In this document: positions 1-7,760 of the stretch, in pieces
Numbering within the stretch: position 1 is the first letter of the stretch
Layout of the letters: the number at the start of each line of letters is the position of its first letter
Assembly: GCA_003135555.1 (NCBI GenBank)
Contig: PLCF01000052.1
Coordinates: 1 to 13,326 of the forward strand
DNA length: 13,326 nucleotides
DNA from: Vulcanimicrobiota bacterium
GTDB lineage: Bacteria; Vulcanimicrobiota; Vulcanimicrobiia; Vulcanimicrobiales; Vulcanimicrobiaceae
Direction of reading: 5' to 3'
Notes under the pieces: model-generated
The model's input: the letters and a program-made list of their open reading frames with translations, nothing else
The model's database searches: none
What the model was told of the DNA's origin: nothing
Program-made: the position numbers and the translations under genes

Positions 1-70
1 GTCGCTCCCTGAACGGGTTCACCGGGCCGGCGCGAAACCGGCTCCCCCCGGGCCGGGTAGGTGGTGGAGG

Positions 71-2035
71 ATGACCGCCACCTGCGAGGTCTGCCGGGCA
101 AAGCCCGCTAGCGTCCGCGATCTAGCCCTGCGCGCCGGCCGCTGGGTTCAGGCCGAGGTCTGCGCCGACTGCGCGCGGCGGCGCCGGCGCGGCCCCCTAG
201 CGATCCTCGGCGTCGCCGCTGCCGCGGCCGCCCTCTTCGGTGGCGCGGCCGTTGCGATCGACGCGGCGAACCGGCGCAAGGACCCGTCCCGCGATGCGTC
301 GTCGCCGGCACCCCAGCCGCTGGGCGATCTGGGCCGGGTGTTCCGGCCCGGCGCGACCACGCTGGCGCAGTACTCGCGCGATCTGACCGAGGCCGCGAAA
401 CGCAACGAGCTCGACCCGGTGATCGGCCGCGACGACGAGGTCGAGCGCGTCGTCTCGATCCTGGCGCGGCGCAGCAAGAACAACCCGGTCCTCATCGGCG
501 AGCCCGGTGTCGGCAAGACTGCGATCGTCGAGGGACTCGCGCAGCGCATCGCGCGCGGGGACGTGCCGCAGGCGCTGCGCGACAAGCGCGTGTTGGCGCT
601 CTCGCTGGGTCCGTTGGTCGCGGGGACGAAGTATCGCGGCGAGTTCGAGTCGCGCGTCAAGAAGATTCTCGATGAGGTCAAACGCGCGGGCCGCGACATC
701 ATCCTGTTCATCGACGAGCTGCACACGCTCGTCGGCGCCGGCGCGGCGGAGGGGTCGCTCGATCTCAGCTCGATGATCAAGCCCGAGCTCGCGCGCGGCG
801 AACTGCAGTGCATCGGCGCGACGACGTTCGACGAGTACCGCAAATACGTCGAGTCCGATGCGGCCCTCGAGCGCCGCTTTCAACCCGTGCAGGTCGACGA
901 GCCGACCATCGAGCAGACCGTGGCGATCCTACGCGGCCTGCGCCCGAAGTACGCCGCCCATCACGGCGTGCAAATCGACGACGACGCGCTCGAGGCGGCG
1001 GCGACGCTGGCCGCGCGCTACATCGCCGACCGCTACCTTCCCGATAAGGCGATCGACGTGGTCGACGAAGCGTCGGCAGGCGCCGCGATGCGCGGCACCA
1101 AGCGGGTCGACGTCGACCTGGTCGCGGCGGTCGTCTCGCGTTGGACGGGGATCCCGCAAGGGACGATCACCGACGCGCAACGCGCCGGGCTGCTCGCGCT
1201 CGAAGCACAGCTCACCGCGCGCGTCGTCGGGCAAGACCATGCCGTCAGCGCGGTGGCGCAGGCGATTCGCCGCGCGCGCGCCGGCTTGAAGGACCCGCGC
1301 AAGCCGGTCGGCGGCTTCTTGTTCATCGGCCCCAGCGGCGTCGGCAAGACCGAGCTCGCGCGCGCGCTCGCGCAGGCGCTGTTCGGCACGGACGATGCGC
1401 TCGTCCGCCTGGACCTCTCGGAGTACACCGAGGCGCATACGATCTCGCGATTGCTGGGCGCACCGCCCGGCTATCAAGGTCACGACGAACCCGGTCAGCT
1501 CACCGAGCCGGTGCGCCGGCGGCCCTATTCGGTCGTGCTGTTCGACGAGATCGAGAAAGCGCACCCGGACGTAGCCGCGATCCTGTTGCAGATCCTCGAC
1601 GACGGGCGCGTTACCGACGCCAAAGGCCGCACGATCGACTTCCGGCACGCCATCCTGGTCTTGACGTCCAACCTCGACCGCGCGGAGCTCGAAGCGACGT
1701 TGCGCCCCGAACTCATCGACCGCATCGACGAGGTCGTCGTCTTCGACGAGCTGGGCTCGCACCAGATCGAGCAGATCGTCGCCCTGCAGGTCACGCTGCT
1801 GGCCGAACGGCTCGGCGCGCACGCGATGCGGCTCGACCTCTCCGATCCGGCGCGCCGCTTTTTGGCGCGCGAAAGCTCGGCGCAAGGCAGCGGTGCGCGC
1901 TACGTCGCGCGCGCGATCGCGCGCCACGTCACCACACCGCTGTCCGAAGCGATCCTGCGCGGTCGGCTCGTCGGTGGCCACACCGCTTGCGTCGACTACC
2001 GCGCCGGCGCGATCACCGTCGAGGCCGCGGCATGA
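71..2035 (+). CDS. Atypical class I Clp/Hsp100 AAA+ ATPase (ClpE/ClpC-related), 654 aa, with N-terminal CxxC-x22-CxxC Zn finger and a hydrophobic helix
   Basis: Two AAA modules: '[11 protein letters not shown]', '[18 protein letters not shown]' (Walker A1), KYRG pore loop, 'ILFIDELH' (Walker B1), 'DAALERRFQ', 'RYLPDKAID', 'GPSGVGKT' (Walker A2), '[14 protein letters not shown]' (Walker B2), 'GAR' sensor 2. GGTGGAGG immediately before ATG 71. Confidence 0.93.
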   Translation: MTATCEVCRAKPASVRDLALRAGRWVQAEVCADCARRRRRGPLAILGVAAAAAALFGGAAVAIDAANRRKDPSRDASSPAPQPLGDLGRVFRPGATTLAQYSRDLTEAAKRNELDPVIGRDDEVERVVSILARRSKNNPVLIGEPGVGKTAIVEGLAQRIARGDVPQALRDKRVLALSLGPLVAGTKYRGEFESRVKKILDEVKRAGRDIILFIDELHTLVGAGAAEGSLDLSSMIKPELARGELQCIGATTFDEYRKYVESDAALERRFQPVQVDEPTIEQTVAILRGLRPKYAAHHGVQIDDDALEAAATLAARYIADRYLPDKAIDVVDEASAGAAMRGTKRVDVDLVAAVVSRWTGIPQGTITDAQRAGLLALEAQLTARVVGQDHAVSAVAQAIRRARAGLKDPRKPVGGFLFIGPSGVGKTELARALAQALFGTDDALVRLDLSEYTEAHTISRLLGAPPGYQGHDEPGQLTEPVRRRPYSVVLFDEIEKAHPDVAAILLQILDDGRVTDAKGRTIDFRHAILVLTSNLDRAELEATLRPELIDRIDEVVVFDELGSHQIEQIVALQVTLLAERLGAHAMRLDLSDPARRFLARESSAQGSGARYVARAIARHVTTPLSEAILRGRLVGGHTACVDYRAGAITVEAAA

Positions 2036-2619
2036 AACGGCTGCTGCTGACGCTGCTGCTTGCGGGCGCGACGAGCACCGCGGCGCTCGCGCAGTCGACC
2101 GTTCCGATCGGCACGCCGCCCGCACCCGGGACGCCGACGACGAACCTGATCCTCGACGCGATGTTGGCGACCGCGCGGGCCGCGTCGATCAATCCGACCG
2201 CCGCGAAGACCGCGTCGCTCAATGCCTCGGCGGCGCTGCAGCGCTACAACATGGGCGACTTCAACGGCGCGCGCTCCGCCGCGATCCAAGCGCTGATCGA
2301 CGCAAACCGCATACCGCCGACGTCGATCCCGGTCTTGCAGTCGACGATACCGCAGACCGGCGCGCTACGCTTTGCACCCTTCCCGATCGCCGGCGGGAGC
2401 GTGGCCGCGATCGACGCCGAGGCCTTCGTGGCACAAGCACGCGGCGCCGTCGCGGCGTGCCGGGCCCGCAACTCGCCCAACAGTGTGCCTGCCGCCCAGA
2501 AGCTCGCCGCAGCCGAGCACGATGCGCAGGCCGGACGCTATCAGAACGTGCGCATCGAAGCGCGCGACGCGGTGGACCTCTGCGCCGCCGCGCAGCAGCA
2601 GCTCAACCAGGGGCCTTGA
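2032..2619 (+). CDS. Secreted Ala-rich hypothetical protein, 195 aa
   Basis: C-terminal part of track ORF 1141..2619. ATG 2032 overlaps the Clp TGA (ATGA). Sec signal peptide [21 protein letters not shown], Pro-rich linker, helical segments, two Cys. Confidence 0.82.
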   Translation: MKRLLLTLLLAGATSTAALAQSTVPIGTPPAPGTPTTNLILDAMLATARAASINPTAAKTASLNASAALQRYNMGDFNGARSAAIQALIDANRIPPTSIPVLQSTIPQTGALRFAPFPIAGGSVAAIDAEAFVAQARGAVAACRARNSPNSVPAAQKLAAAEHDAQAGRYQNVRIEARDAVDLCAAAQQQLNQGP

Positions 2620-3442
2620 CCGGCGGCACGGCGGCCGGGTGCGTGACCGGCCGCGACGCGATCCCGTCGAGGACTGCGATGTTGTGCGCCACGTCTTGGC
2701 TCTCACGCGCCGCGATCCCGTTGACGATCGCCGCGAAGGGTTGCGGCGGATGCAGCAGCAGCGACCCGAAGGCGGCGATGGTGAGGTCGCGGATGCCGAT
2801 CGTCGGCGAGTCCAGGAAATGCGGCTCGGCCGCGAGGACGCGGGCGAAGTCCCAGGCCCGATCGCGAAATACGATGATGACCTCGTCGATCAGCTCGATC
2901 TCGGATTTGCGCAGCACGTCGTAGATGTCGGCCAGGATGGGTGAGATCTGGCCGATCTCATGCAGCACCGCCTTGACTTGATGCGCGAGCACGGTATTGA
3001 TTGTGTAGAAGTCTTCGCGCAGCGCCTCGAGCGGACCGGGCTTGGAGACCAGCCACGCGGTGACGCCGAGGTCGAGATGGATGTGCGCGTTCATCCCGGC
3101 GAGCATGTGCAGCAGGATGACGTGCGAAGGACGCTCGATCGCCTCGAACTTCACCCGCCAGCAGTGCGGCGGCGCGGGGCCCTGCGCGGGATAGAAATGG
3201 CCGTTGAGCGCGGCGAAGAAACGGTTCGCAAACGTCACGTCGAACCGCACCATCCGCGGCCCGTCCTGGAACAGGCCGTCGTCGACCCCTTTGCCGATCG
3301 CGCGCGTCACGCGCTTGTAGAGCGCCACGAAATATCCCAGCCGGCTCTGGTTCTCGCGCGACCACGCGATGACCACGTCGATGCGTTCGACGACTCCGGC
3401 GATGTCGGTGGCGGGGGTGAGCAGCGGGAACGGCGTCGCCAT
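2603..3442 (-). CDS. DUF5995-like family protein, 279 aa
   Basis: C-terminal part of track ORF 2603..3928, starting MATPFPLL at ATG 3442 with GGAG upstream. Motifs 'LGYFVALYKRVT', 'FDVTFANRF', 'LAGMNAHIHLDL', 'DFYTINTVL' recalled as DUF5995-like; not searched. Confidence 0.78.
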   Translation of the reverse strand: MATPFPLLTPATDIAGVVERIDVVIAWSRENQSRLGYFVALYKRVTRAIGKGVDDGLFQDGPRMVRFDVTFANRFFAALNGHFYPAQGPAPPHCWRVKFEAIERPSHVILLHMLAGMNAHIHLDLGVTAWLVSKPGPLEALREDFYTINTVLAHQVKAVLHEIGQISPILADIYDVLRKSEIELIDEVIIVFRDRAWDFARVLAAEPHFLDSPTIGIRDLTIAAFGSLLLHPPQPFAAIVNGIAARESQDVAHNIAVLDGIASRPVTHPAAVPPVKAPG

Positions 3443-3489
3443 CGGTCGATCTGCTCCGCCGCCGCGAACGGCTCCTCCGGGGTAGCCCG

Positions 3490-3987
3490 TTAGCCCCGCA
3501 GCGCGTCCTTGATCGCGGCTTCGATCTCGCCCGGGTTCATCTCGCCGAGACGATAGGTCTTCACCACACCGTGACGGTCGATGAAGACGTGGACGGGCAT
3601 CGCGATCGCGCCGTACGTCTTGCCGACGCTGCCGTTGCTGTCGATAGCGACGAGGCCGTACGGGTTCGCGTATTTCTTCTGAAACGCCGCACCTTGGCCG
3701 GGCGCGTCGAGCTCGTTCACCCCGACCACGAGCAGGCCGCGTTTGGCGTACTGCGCGCGCAGCTTGCCGATCGAGGTCGCCTCGGCGTTGCACGGCCCGC
3801 ACCACGACGCGAAAAAGTTGACGTAGACCACCTTGCCCCGCAGCGCGTCGAGCGAGACCGTCTTCTTGCCGTCCGGCGAAGGCAGCGAAAACGCCGGGGC
3901 CGGCTTGCCGGCCTGGGGGACGGCCCATGCCGTAGCGGGCAGCATCGCGAGCGCCGCAACGGCGGCGAGGGTCGTCCGGATACGCAC
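3490..3987 (-). CDS. TlpA/ResA-family thiol-disulfide oxidoreductase, exported, 165 aa
   Basis: GTG start, signal peptide ending ATAWA, 'GKPAPAFSL', 'GKVVYVNFFASWCGPC' active site, cis-Pro motif 'MPVHVFIDRHGVV'. Confidence 0.92.
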   Translation of the reverse strand: MRIRTTLAAVAALAMLPATAWAVPQAGKPAPAFSLPSPDGKKTVSLDALRGKVVYVNFFASWCGPCNAEATSIGKLRAQYAKRGLLVVGVNELDAPGQGAAFQKKYANPYGLVAIDSNGSVGKTYGAIAMPVHVFIDRHGVVKTYRLGEMNPGEIEAAIKDALRG

Positions 3988-4029
3988 GCTTTCTCTAACG
4001 CCCGACGCCCGCGGGCGGTTCCGGCACGC

Positions 4030-4950
4030 TCAGACGATCGTCGGGAACTTCACCGTTGCGGCGTCGTCGCGCATCTGCGCGACGAGCTCGTCGGCGGAGT
4101 CGAACCGGCGTTGGGCGCGCACGAAGCGGAAGTCGCGCAGCGAGAGCTCCTCACCGTAGAGCGCCCCGTTGAAGTCGAGCAGCCAGGCCTCGATCGTGCG
4201 CGCCGCCCCGCCGAAGGTGGGGTTGCTGCCGATCGAGACCAACCCGAGGTAGTCGCGCCCATCGTGCCGCCCGGTAACCCGATATACGCCGTCGGGCGGC
4301 AAGAGCTTGGTGCCATCGACGGCGACGTTGGCCGTGGGGTAACCGAGGTCGTGACCGCGGCCTGCGCCAAACGCGACCGGGCCGCGCACGCTGTAGGACG
4401 CGCCCAGCAGCCGGTCGGCGCTTTCCAGATCGCCGGCTTGGATGGCGGCTCGGATTCGGGTCGACGAGACACGCTCGCCGCCATCGAGCGTGTTGGGAAC
4501 CGCCACCATCTCGCGTCCGTGCCGGCCCAGATGCGTGGCGGCGAAGGCGACGTCACCGGCACGTTTGTGACCGAAGCGGAAGTTCGCGCCGACGACCATC
4601 GCACGCGCGTTCAGCCGGCCGATGAGCATGTCATCGAGGAATTGGGCCGGAGTCAGGGACGCGATCGAGGCGTCGAAGGACAGCACGTAGGTCTCGTCGA
4701 TTCCGGCGCGAGCGAACGCGTTGACGCGCTCTTCGAGGGTCGCGATCATCGGCGGTTCCTGGCCCGGGCGCAAGAACGCCGTCGGGTGCTCCCGGAAGGT
4801 GAACACCGCAGTGCGCTCACCGGCGCGCCGTAACCGCAGCGCTTCGCGCACGATCGCGCGGTGCCCGAGGTGAAATCCGTCGAAGACCCCGATCGCGACG
4901 ACGAAGGCCCGCTCGGGCGGCCGCTCCGGCAGCACGTGGCTGATCTTCAC
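4030..4950 (-). CDS. ribF: Bifunctional riboflavin kinase / FAD synthetase
   Basis: 'AIGVFDGFHLGH', 'VVGANFRFG', 'VSSTRIR', 'GRGHDLGYPTAN', 'SIGSNPTF', 'IEAWLLDFNGALYG'. GTG start overlaps the truB stop (GTGA). Confidence 0.97.
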   Translation of the reverse strand: MKISHVLPERPPERAFVVAIGVFDGFHLGHRAIVREALRLRRAGERTAVFTFREHPTAFLRPGQEPPMIATLEERVNAFARAGIDETYVLSFDASIASLTPAQFLDDMLIGRLNARAMVVGANFRFGHKRAGDVAFAATHLGRHGREMVAVPNTLDGGERVSSTRIRAAIQAGDLESADRLLGASYSVRGPVAFGAGRGHDLGYPTANVAVDGTKLLPPDGVYRVTGRHDGRDYLGLVSIGSNPTFGGAARTIEAWLLDFNGALYGEELSLRDFRFVRAQRRFDSADELVAQMRDDAATVKFPTIV

Positions 4951-5813
4951 ACGAACACCTTGCGTGGCGCCAGGAGCGTTCCGACCGTCTCACCGACGCC
5001 GACGAGCACGCGCGCGGAGTCGCGCACGAACACATGCTTGTCCGGCGGCAATTGCGCCAGCGGCACCATGCGGCCGGCGCGGAAATCCGTCGCGCCGCGG
5101 CCGTCGAGCACGATGGTCGGGATCGGGATCACGCGTTCGGGTGATACGAGCGCACCGCCCGGATCACGCTCGATCTCGTCGAGCGTAAGGCTCTCCGAAA
5201 TCACGAACGGACCTGACGCCTCGCGCAGCAGCGCGCCCATGTGCCCGGCGGTGCCGCAGGCGCGAGCGAGGTCTTCGCACAGCGTGCGCACGAACGTCCC
5301 TTCGCTGCACGCGATCCGCAAGCGTACGACGTCGCCCTCGCGGCCGAGCACGCGCAACGCATACACGGTGATGGAGCGGGCCGCCCGTTCGACCGTCTTT
5401 CCCTCACGTGCCAACTCGTAGAGCCGCTTCCCGTCGCTATGAACCGCGCTGTACATCGGCGGAATCTGCGAAACCGGCCCGACGAACGCGGCGACCGCAT
5501 CGCGCAGCCTGGCATCGACGTCGGTCGGAACATCGCACCGGACGATCGTGTCGCCGGATGCATCGCCGGTCGAGGTTGCTCGACCGAGTACAAGCGTACA
5601 CACGTACGCCTTGCGCCGGTCGACGATCAGCGGCAGCAGCCGCGTCGCCTTGCCGAGCGCAACCGGCAGCACGCCGGCCGCTTGCGGATCGAGCGTCCCG
5701 AGATGGCCGATGGCGAGCTTGCCCGCCGGATCGCGGTACACACGCCGCAGACGCGCGCCGAACTGCGTCGACGTGAGGCCCGCCGGCTTGAACAGGTTCA
5801 CGAAGCCGAGCAT
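4947..5813 (-). CDS. truB: tRNA pseudouridine(55) synthase
   Basis: 'KPAGLTS', 'GHLGTLDPQAAGVL' (catalytic Asp), 'QIPPMYSAV', 'GKRLYELAREG', 'CSEGTFVRTL'; canonical position before ribF. Confidence 0.97.
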   Translation of the reverse strand: MLGFVNLFKPAGLTSTQFGARLRRVYRDPAGKLAIGHLGTLDPQAAGVLPVALGKATRLLPLIVDRRKAYVCTLVLGRATSTGDASGDTIVRCDVPTDVDARLRDAVAAFVGPVSQIPPMYSAVHSDGKRLYELAREGKTVERAARSITVYALRVLGREGDVVRLRIACSEGTFVRTLCEDLARACGTAGHMGALLREASGPFVISESLTLDEIERDPGGALVSPERVIPIPTIVLDGRGATDFRAGRMVPLAQLPPDKHVFVRDSARVLVGVGETVGTLLAPRKVFV

Positions 5814-5823
5814 GCGCCCGGGT

Positions 5824-6822
5824 CTACAAACCCTGCGCGCGCAGCGCGGCGTGCACGGCCTCGATGGCCGCTTGCAGATTTCCCTCGAAGGTCAACCCCG
5901 ACGCCATGAAGTGTCCGCCGCCGCCCAGGGTCGCTGCCGCGGCCTGGACGTTGATCTTGCCGCTGGAGCGCAAGCTGACGCGCACCGCACCCTCGTAGTC
6001 CTTGAACAGCGCCGCTGCCTCGACGCCTTCGACGGCACGCAGATGCTGCACGATCTCCTCGGTGTCCTCACCGTCGGCGTTCACCGCCAGCAGCATCTTC
6101 TCATCGACGTAGGTCCAGCAGTAGCGGCCCTCGTCTTCGATCACCGCGCGCTCGAGCGCCATACCCAGCAACTTGGTCGCGGCGAAGCGCTTGTTCGCGA
6201 AGATCTCTTCGGTGATGCGCGGCTTGTCGGCGCCCAGCTCGACCATCTCCGCGGACATGCGCAACACGGCGGCCGTAGTGTTGGTGTGCATGAACGCCCC
6301 GGTGTCGGTCATGATGGTAGTCAGGATGCAGGTCGCGATCTCGGGAGTGATCGGTACGTCGAGTGCATGCAGCAGCCGCAGTACACACGTCCCGGTCGAT
6401 GCCTCACTGGGGATCACGTAGTTGAGAGCGCCGAAGTGCGAGTTGCCAAGGTGGTGATCGACGTCGAGCATGTTCTCGCGCTCGAGCGCCGGGAGAAATT
6501 CTCCGGCGCGCGAGAAATCGCTCATGTCGCAGAACACCCACAGCGTATCCGCCGGCAGATCGGCCGGAACGTCGCGCGTAACCAAGTCCGTATCGGGCAA
6601 GAAGCGCAAGTTACGCGGGACCGGGTCCTGCTGGAAGTACCCGACGCGCTTGCCGAGCGATTTGAGCGCCAAACCCAGCGCGAGCCCGGCGCCCAGGGTG
6701 TCGCCGTCGGGCTTGACATGCGAGACGAACATGAACGAAGAGCGCCGCCGCAGCTCGGCTACGACCTCCTCGGTGGTCGACGACACCGGCGCCATGGCCC
6801 CGGCGGGAACGGAACTACTCAT
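5824..6822 (-). CDS. nrnA: DHH/DHHA1 phosphoesterase (NrnA-like nanoRNase / pAp phosphatase)
   Basis: 'SHVKPDGDTLG', 'DVDHHLGN', 'MTDTGAF', 'RVSLRS', 'GGGGHFMASG'. Start chosen at ATG 6822, overlapping the rbfA stop; ATG 6795 is an alternative. Confidence 0.9.
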   Translation of the reverse strand: MSSSVPAGAMAPVSSTTEEVVAELRRRSSFMFVSHVKPDGDTLGAGLALGLALKSLGKRVGYFQQDPVPRNLRFLPDTDLVTRDVPADLPADTLWVFCDMSDFSRAGEFLPALERENMLDVDHHLGNSHFGALNYVIPSEASTGTCVLRLLHALDVPITPEIATCILTTIMTDTGAFMHTNTTAAVLRMSAEMVELGADKPRITEEIFANKRFAATKLLGMALERAVIEDEGRYCWTYVDEKMLLAVNADGEDTEEIVQHLRAVEGVEAAALFKDYEGAVRVSLRSSGKINVQAAAATLGGGGHFMASGLTFEGNLQAAIEAVHAALRAQGL

Positions 6823-7165
6823 CGACGACCTTCGCCTTTTCCAGCGTCTTGTGCAGCGCGATCGCACGTTCGGTCGTGCGGTCCTCGACGAACGTCAGCT
6901 CCGGCGTGTACCGCAGGTCGATCGCATGCCCGAGCTCCCCGCGCAAGAAGCGCGATGCCGACTCCAGCGCATCCATCGACTGGCGCGCCACGTGCCGGTC
7001 GCCGATGATCGAGACGAACACCTTGCAGAACTTCATGTCCTGCGTGATCTCGCACCGCACCACGGTAACGAACCCCAACCGCGGATCCTTGAGATCCTCA
7101 GCGATGATCTTCGCCAGCGCCTTCTGAATCTCATGATCGATCCGCGCCTGTCTCTGCTGCTTCAT
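6815..7165 (-). CDS. rbfA: 30S ribosome-binding factor A, 116 aa
   Basis: C-terminal part of track ORF 6815..7582: 'MKQQRQARIDHEIQKALAKII..LKDPRLGFVTV..FLRGELGHAIDLRYTPELTFVED'. ATG 7165 overlaps the upstream TGA. Confidence 0.96.
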   Translation of the reverse strand: MKQQRQARIDHEIQKALAKIIAEDLKDPRLGFVTVVRCEITQDMKFCKVFVSIIGDRHVARQSMDALESASRFLRGELGHAIDLRYTPELTFVEDRTTERAIALHKTLEKAKVVDE

Positions 7166-7566
7166 ACGGTCACTCCGTTGCGCCGGCGCAGCCGTTCGGC
7201 CGTCTCGAAGCCGCCGCGGATCGCCAACAGGATCACGAAATACGTTACTGCGAAGGCTCCGCCGGACTTCGCGAACCAACCCACGACGAACGCTCCGCCG
7301 ATCATCACCGCCGCAACGATCCACGACCCCATACGGGCGTCTACCACAGAGGCCGGCGCGCCTTTCGACGGTTCCGGCCTCCACGTGAGCATGCGCGATT
7401 CCGCCCGCCGCTTGCGCGAATCCAACCACGCGAGGACCGCGAACGCCGGCACGTAGATCAGCAGATACGGCCGATCGAAGCGCTCGCCGGCATGCCAGAG
7501 GACGAGCGCGGCCGCCACCAGTAACGGGACGAGCCCGAAAGCGCTGCGGACAGCTGCCCGTATCAC
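7162..7566 (-). CDS. Hypothetical integral membrane protein, about 4 TM, 134-138 aa
   Basis: Four hydrophobic segments with basic clusters; stop overlaps the rbfA ATG (ATGA). GTG 7566 is preceded by GGGGGA; GTG 7578 is an alternative start. Confidence 0.7.
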   Translation of the reverse strand: MIRAAVRSAFGLVPLLVAAALVLWHAGERFDRPYLLIYVPAFAVLAWLDSRKRRAESRMLTWRPEPSKGAPASVVDARMGSWIVAAVMIGGAFVVGWFAKSGGAFAVTYFVILLAIRGGFETAERLRRRNGVTV

Positions 7567-7598
7567 GCCATCCCCCACGCACGAACCACTACGTCATC

Positions 7599-7760
7599 GT
7601 GACAGGTGTTCGGGGTACGTGCAGTGTCACGACGGGGCGTCACAGAAATCGGCGGAGCCAGGATGGCGAGAGCCGATTTTGTGCGAGTAGCGTTTTCCCA
7701 CGGAAGGGAAAACGCGGGCGTCCCCGGCGGGGCACTGCACGTGCCCCGGACGCCCGCCAC
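7599..7760. mobile_element. Putative MITE/REP-like structured element (162 bp) with terminal inverted repeats and 4-bp flanking direct repeat
   Basis: 7599-7628 (GTGACAGGTGTTCGGGGTACGTGCAGTGTC) matches the reverse complement of 7731-7760 at 24/30, all six differences transitions. CATC directly flanks both ends (7595-7598, 7761-7764). Internal hairpins at 7641-7683 and 7690-7715. No transposase. Confidence 0.65.

Noticed and set aside
1..70. GGGTAG (55-60) as an alternative-sigma -10 box, or CtsR/HrcA/HspR operators upstream of the Clp gene
   Set aside because: No matching -35 element and no recognisable operator in the 70 nt available.
176..259. RRRRR plus hydrophobic stretch read as a Tat signal
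   Set aside because: Lacks the S/T-R-R-x-F-L-K pattern, lies behind a Zn finger, and export of an ATPase is implausible; kept only as a possible membrane helix.
1141..2031. N-terminal 297 aa of track ORF 1141..2619
   Set aside because: Arg-rich off-frame read of the Clp gene; the real protein starts at ATG 2032 with a signal peptide. No slippery site seen to support a frameshift fusion.
3443..3928. Upstream extension of the DUF5995-like ORF suggesting a fusion with tlpA
   Set aside because: Out-of-frame overlap with the intact TlpA gene; ATG 3442 has its own RBS.
3988..4029. GC-rich palindrome after ribF as a terminator
   Set aside because: Short stem and no U tract on the minus strand.
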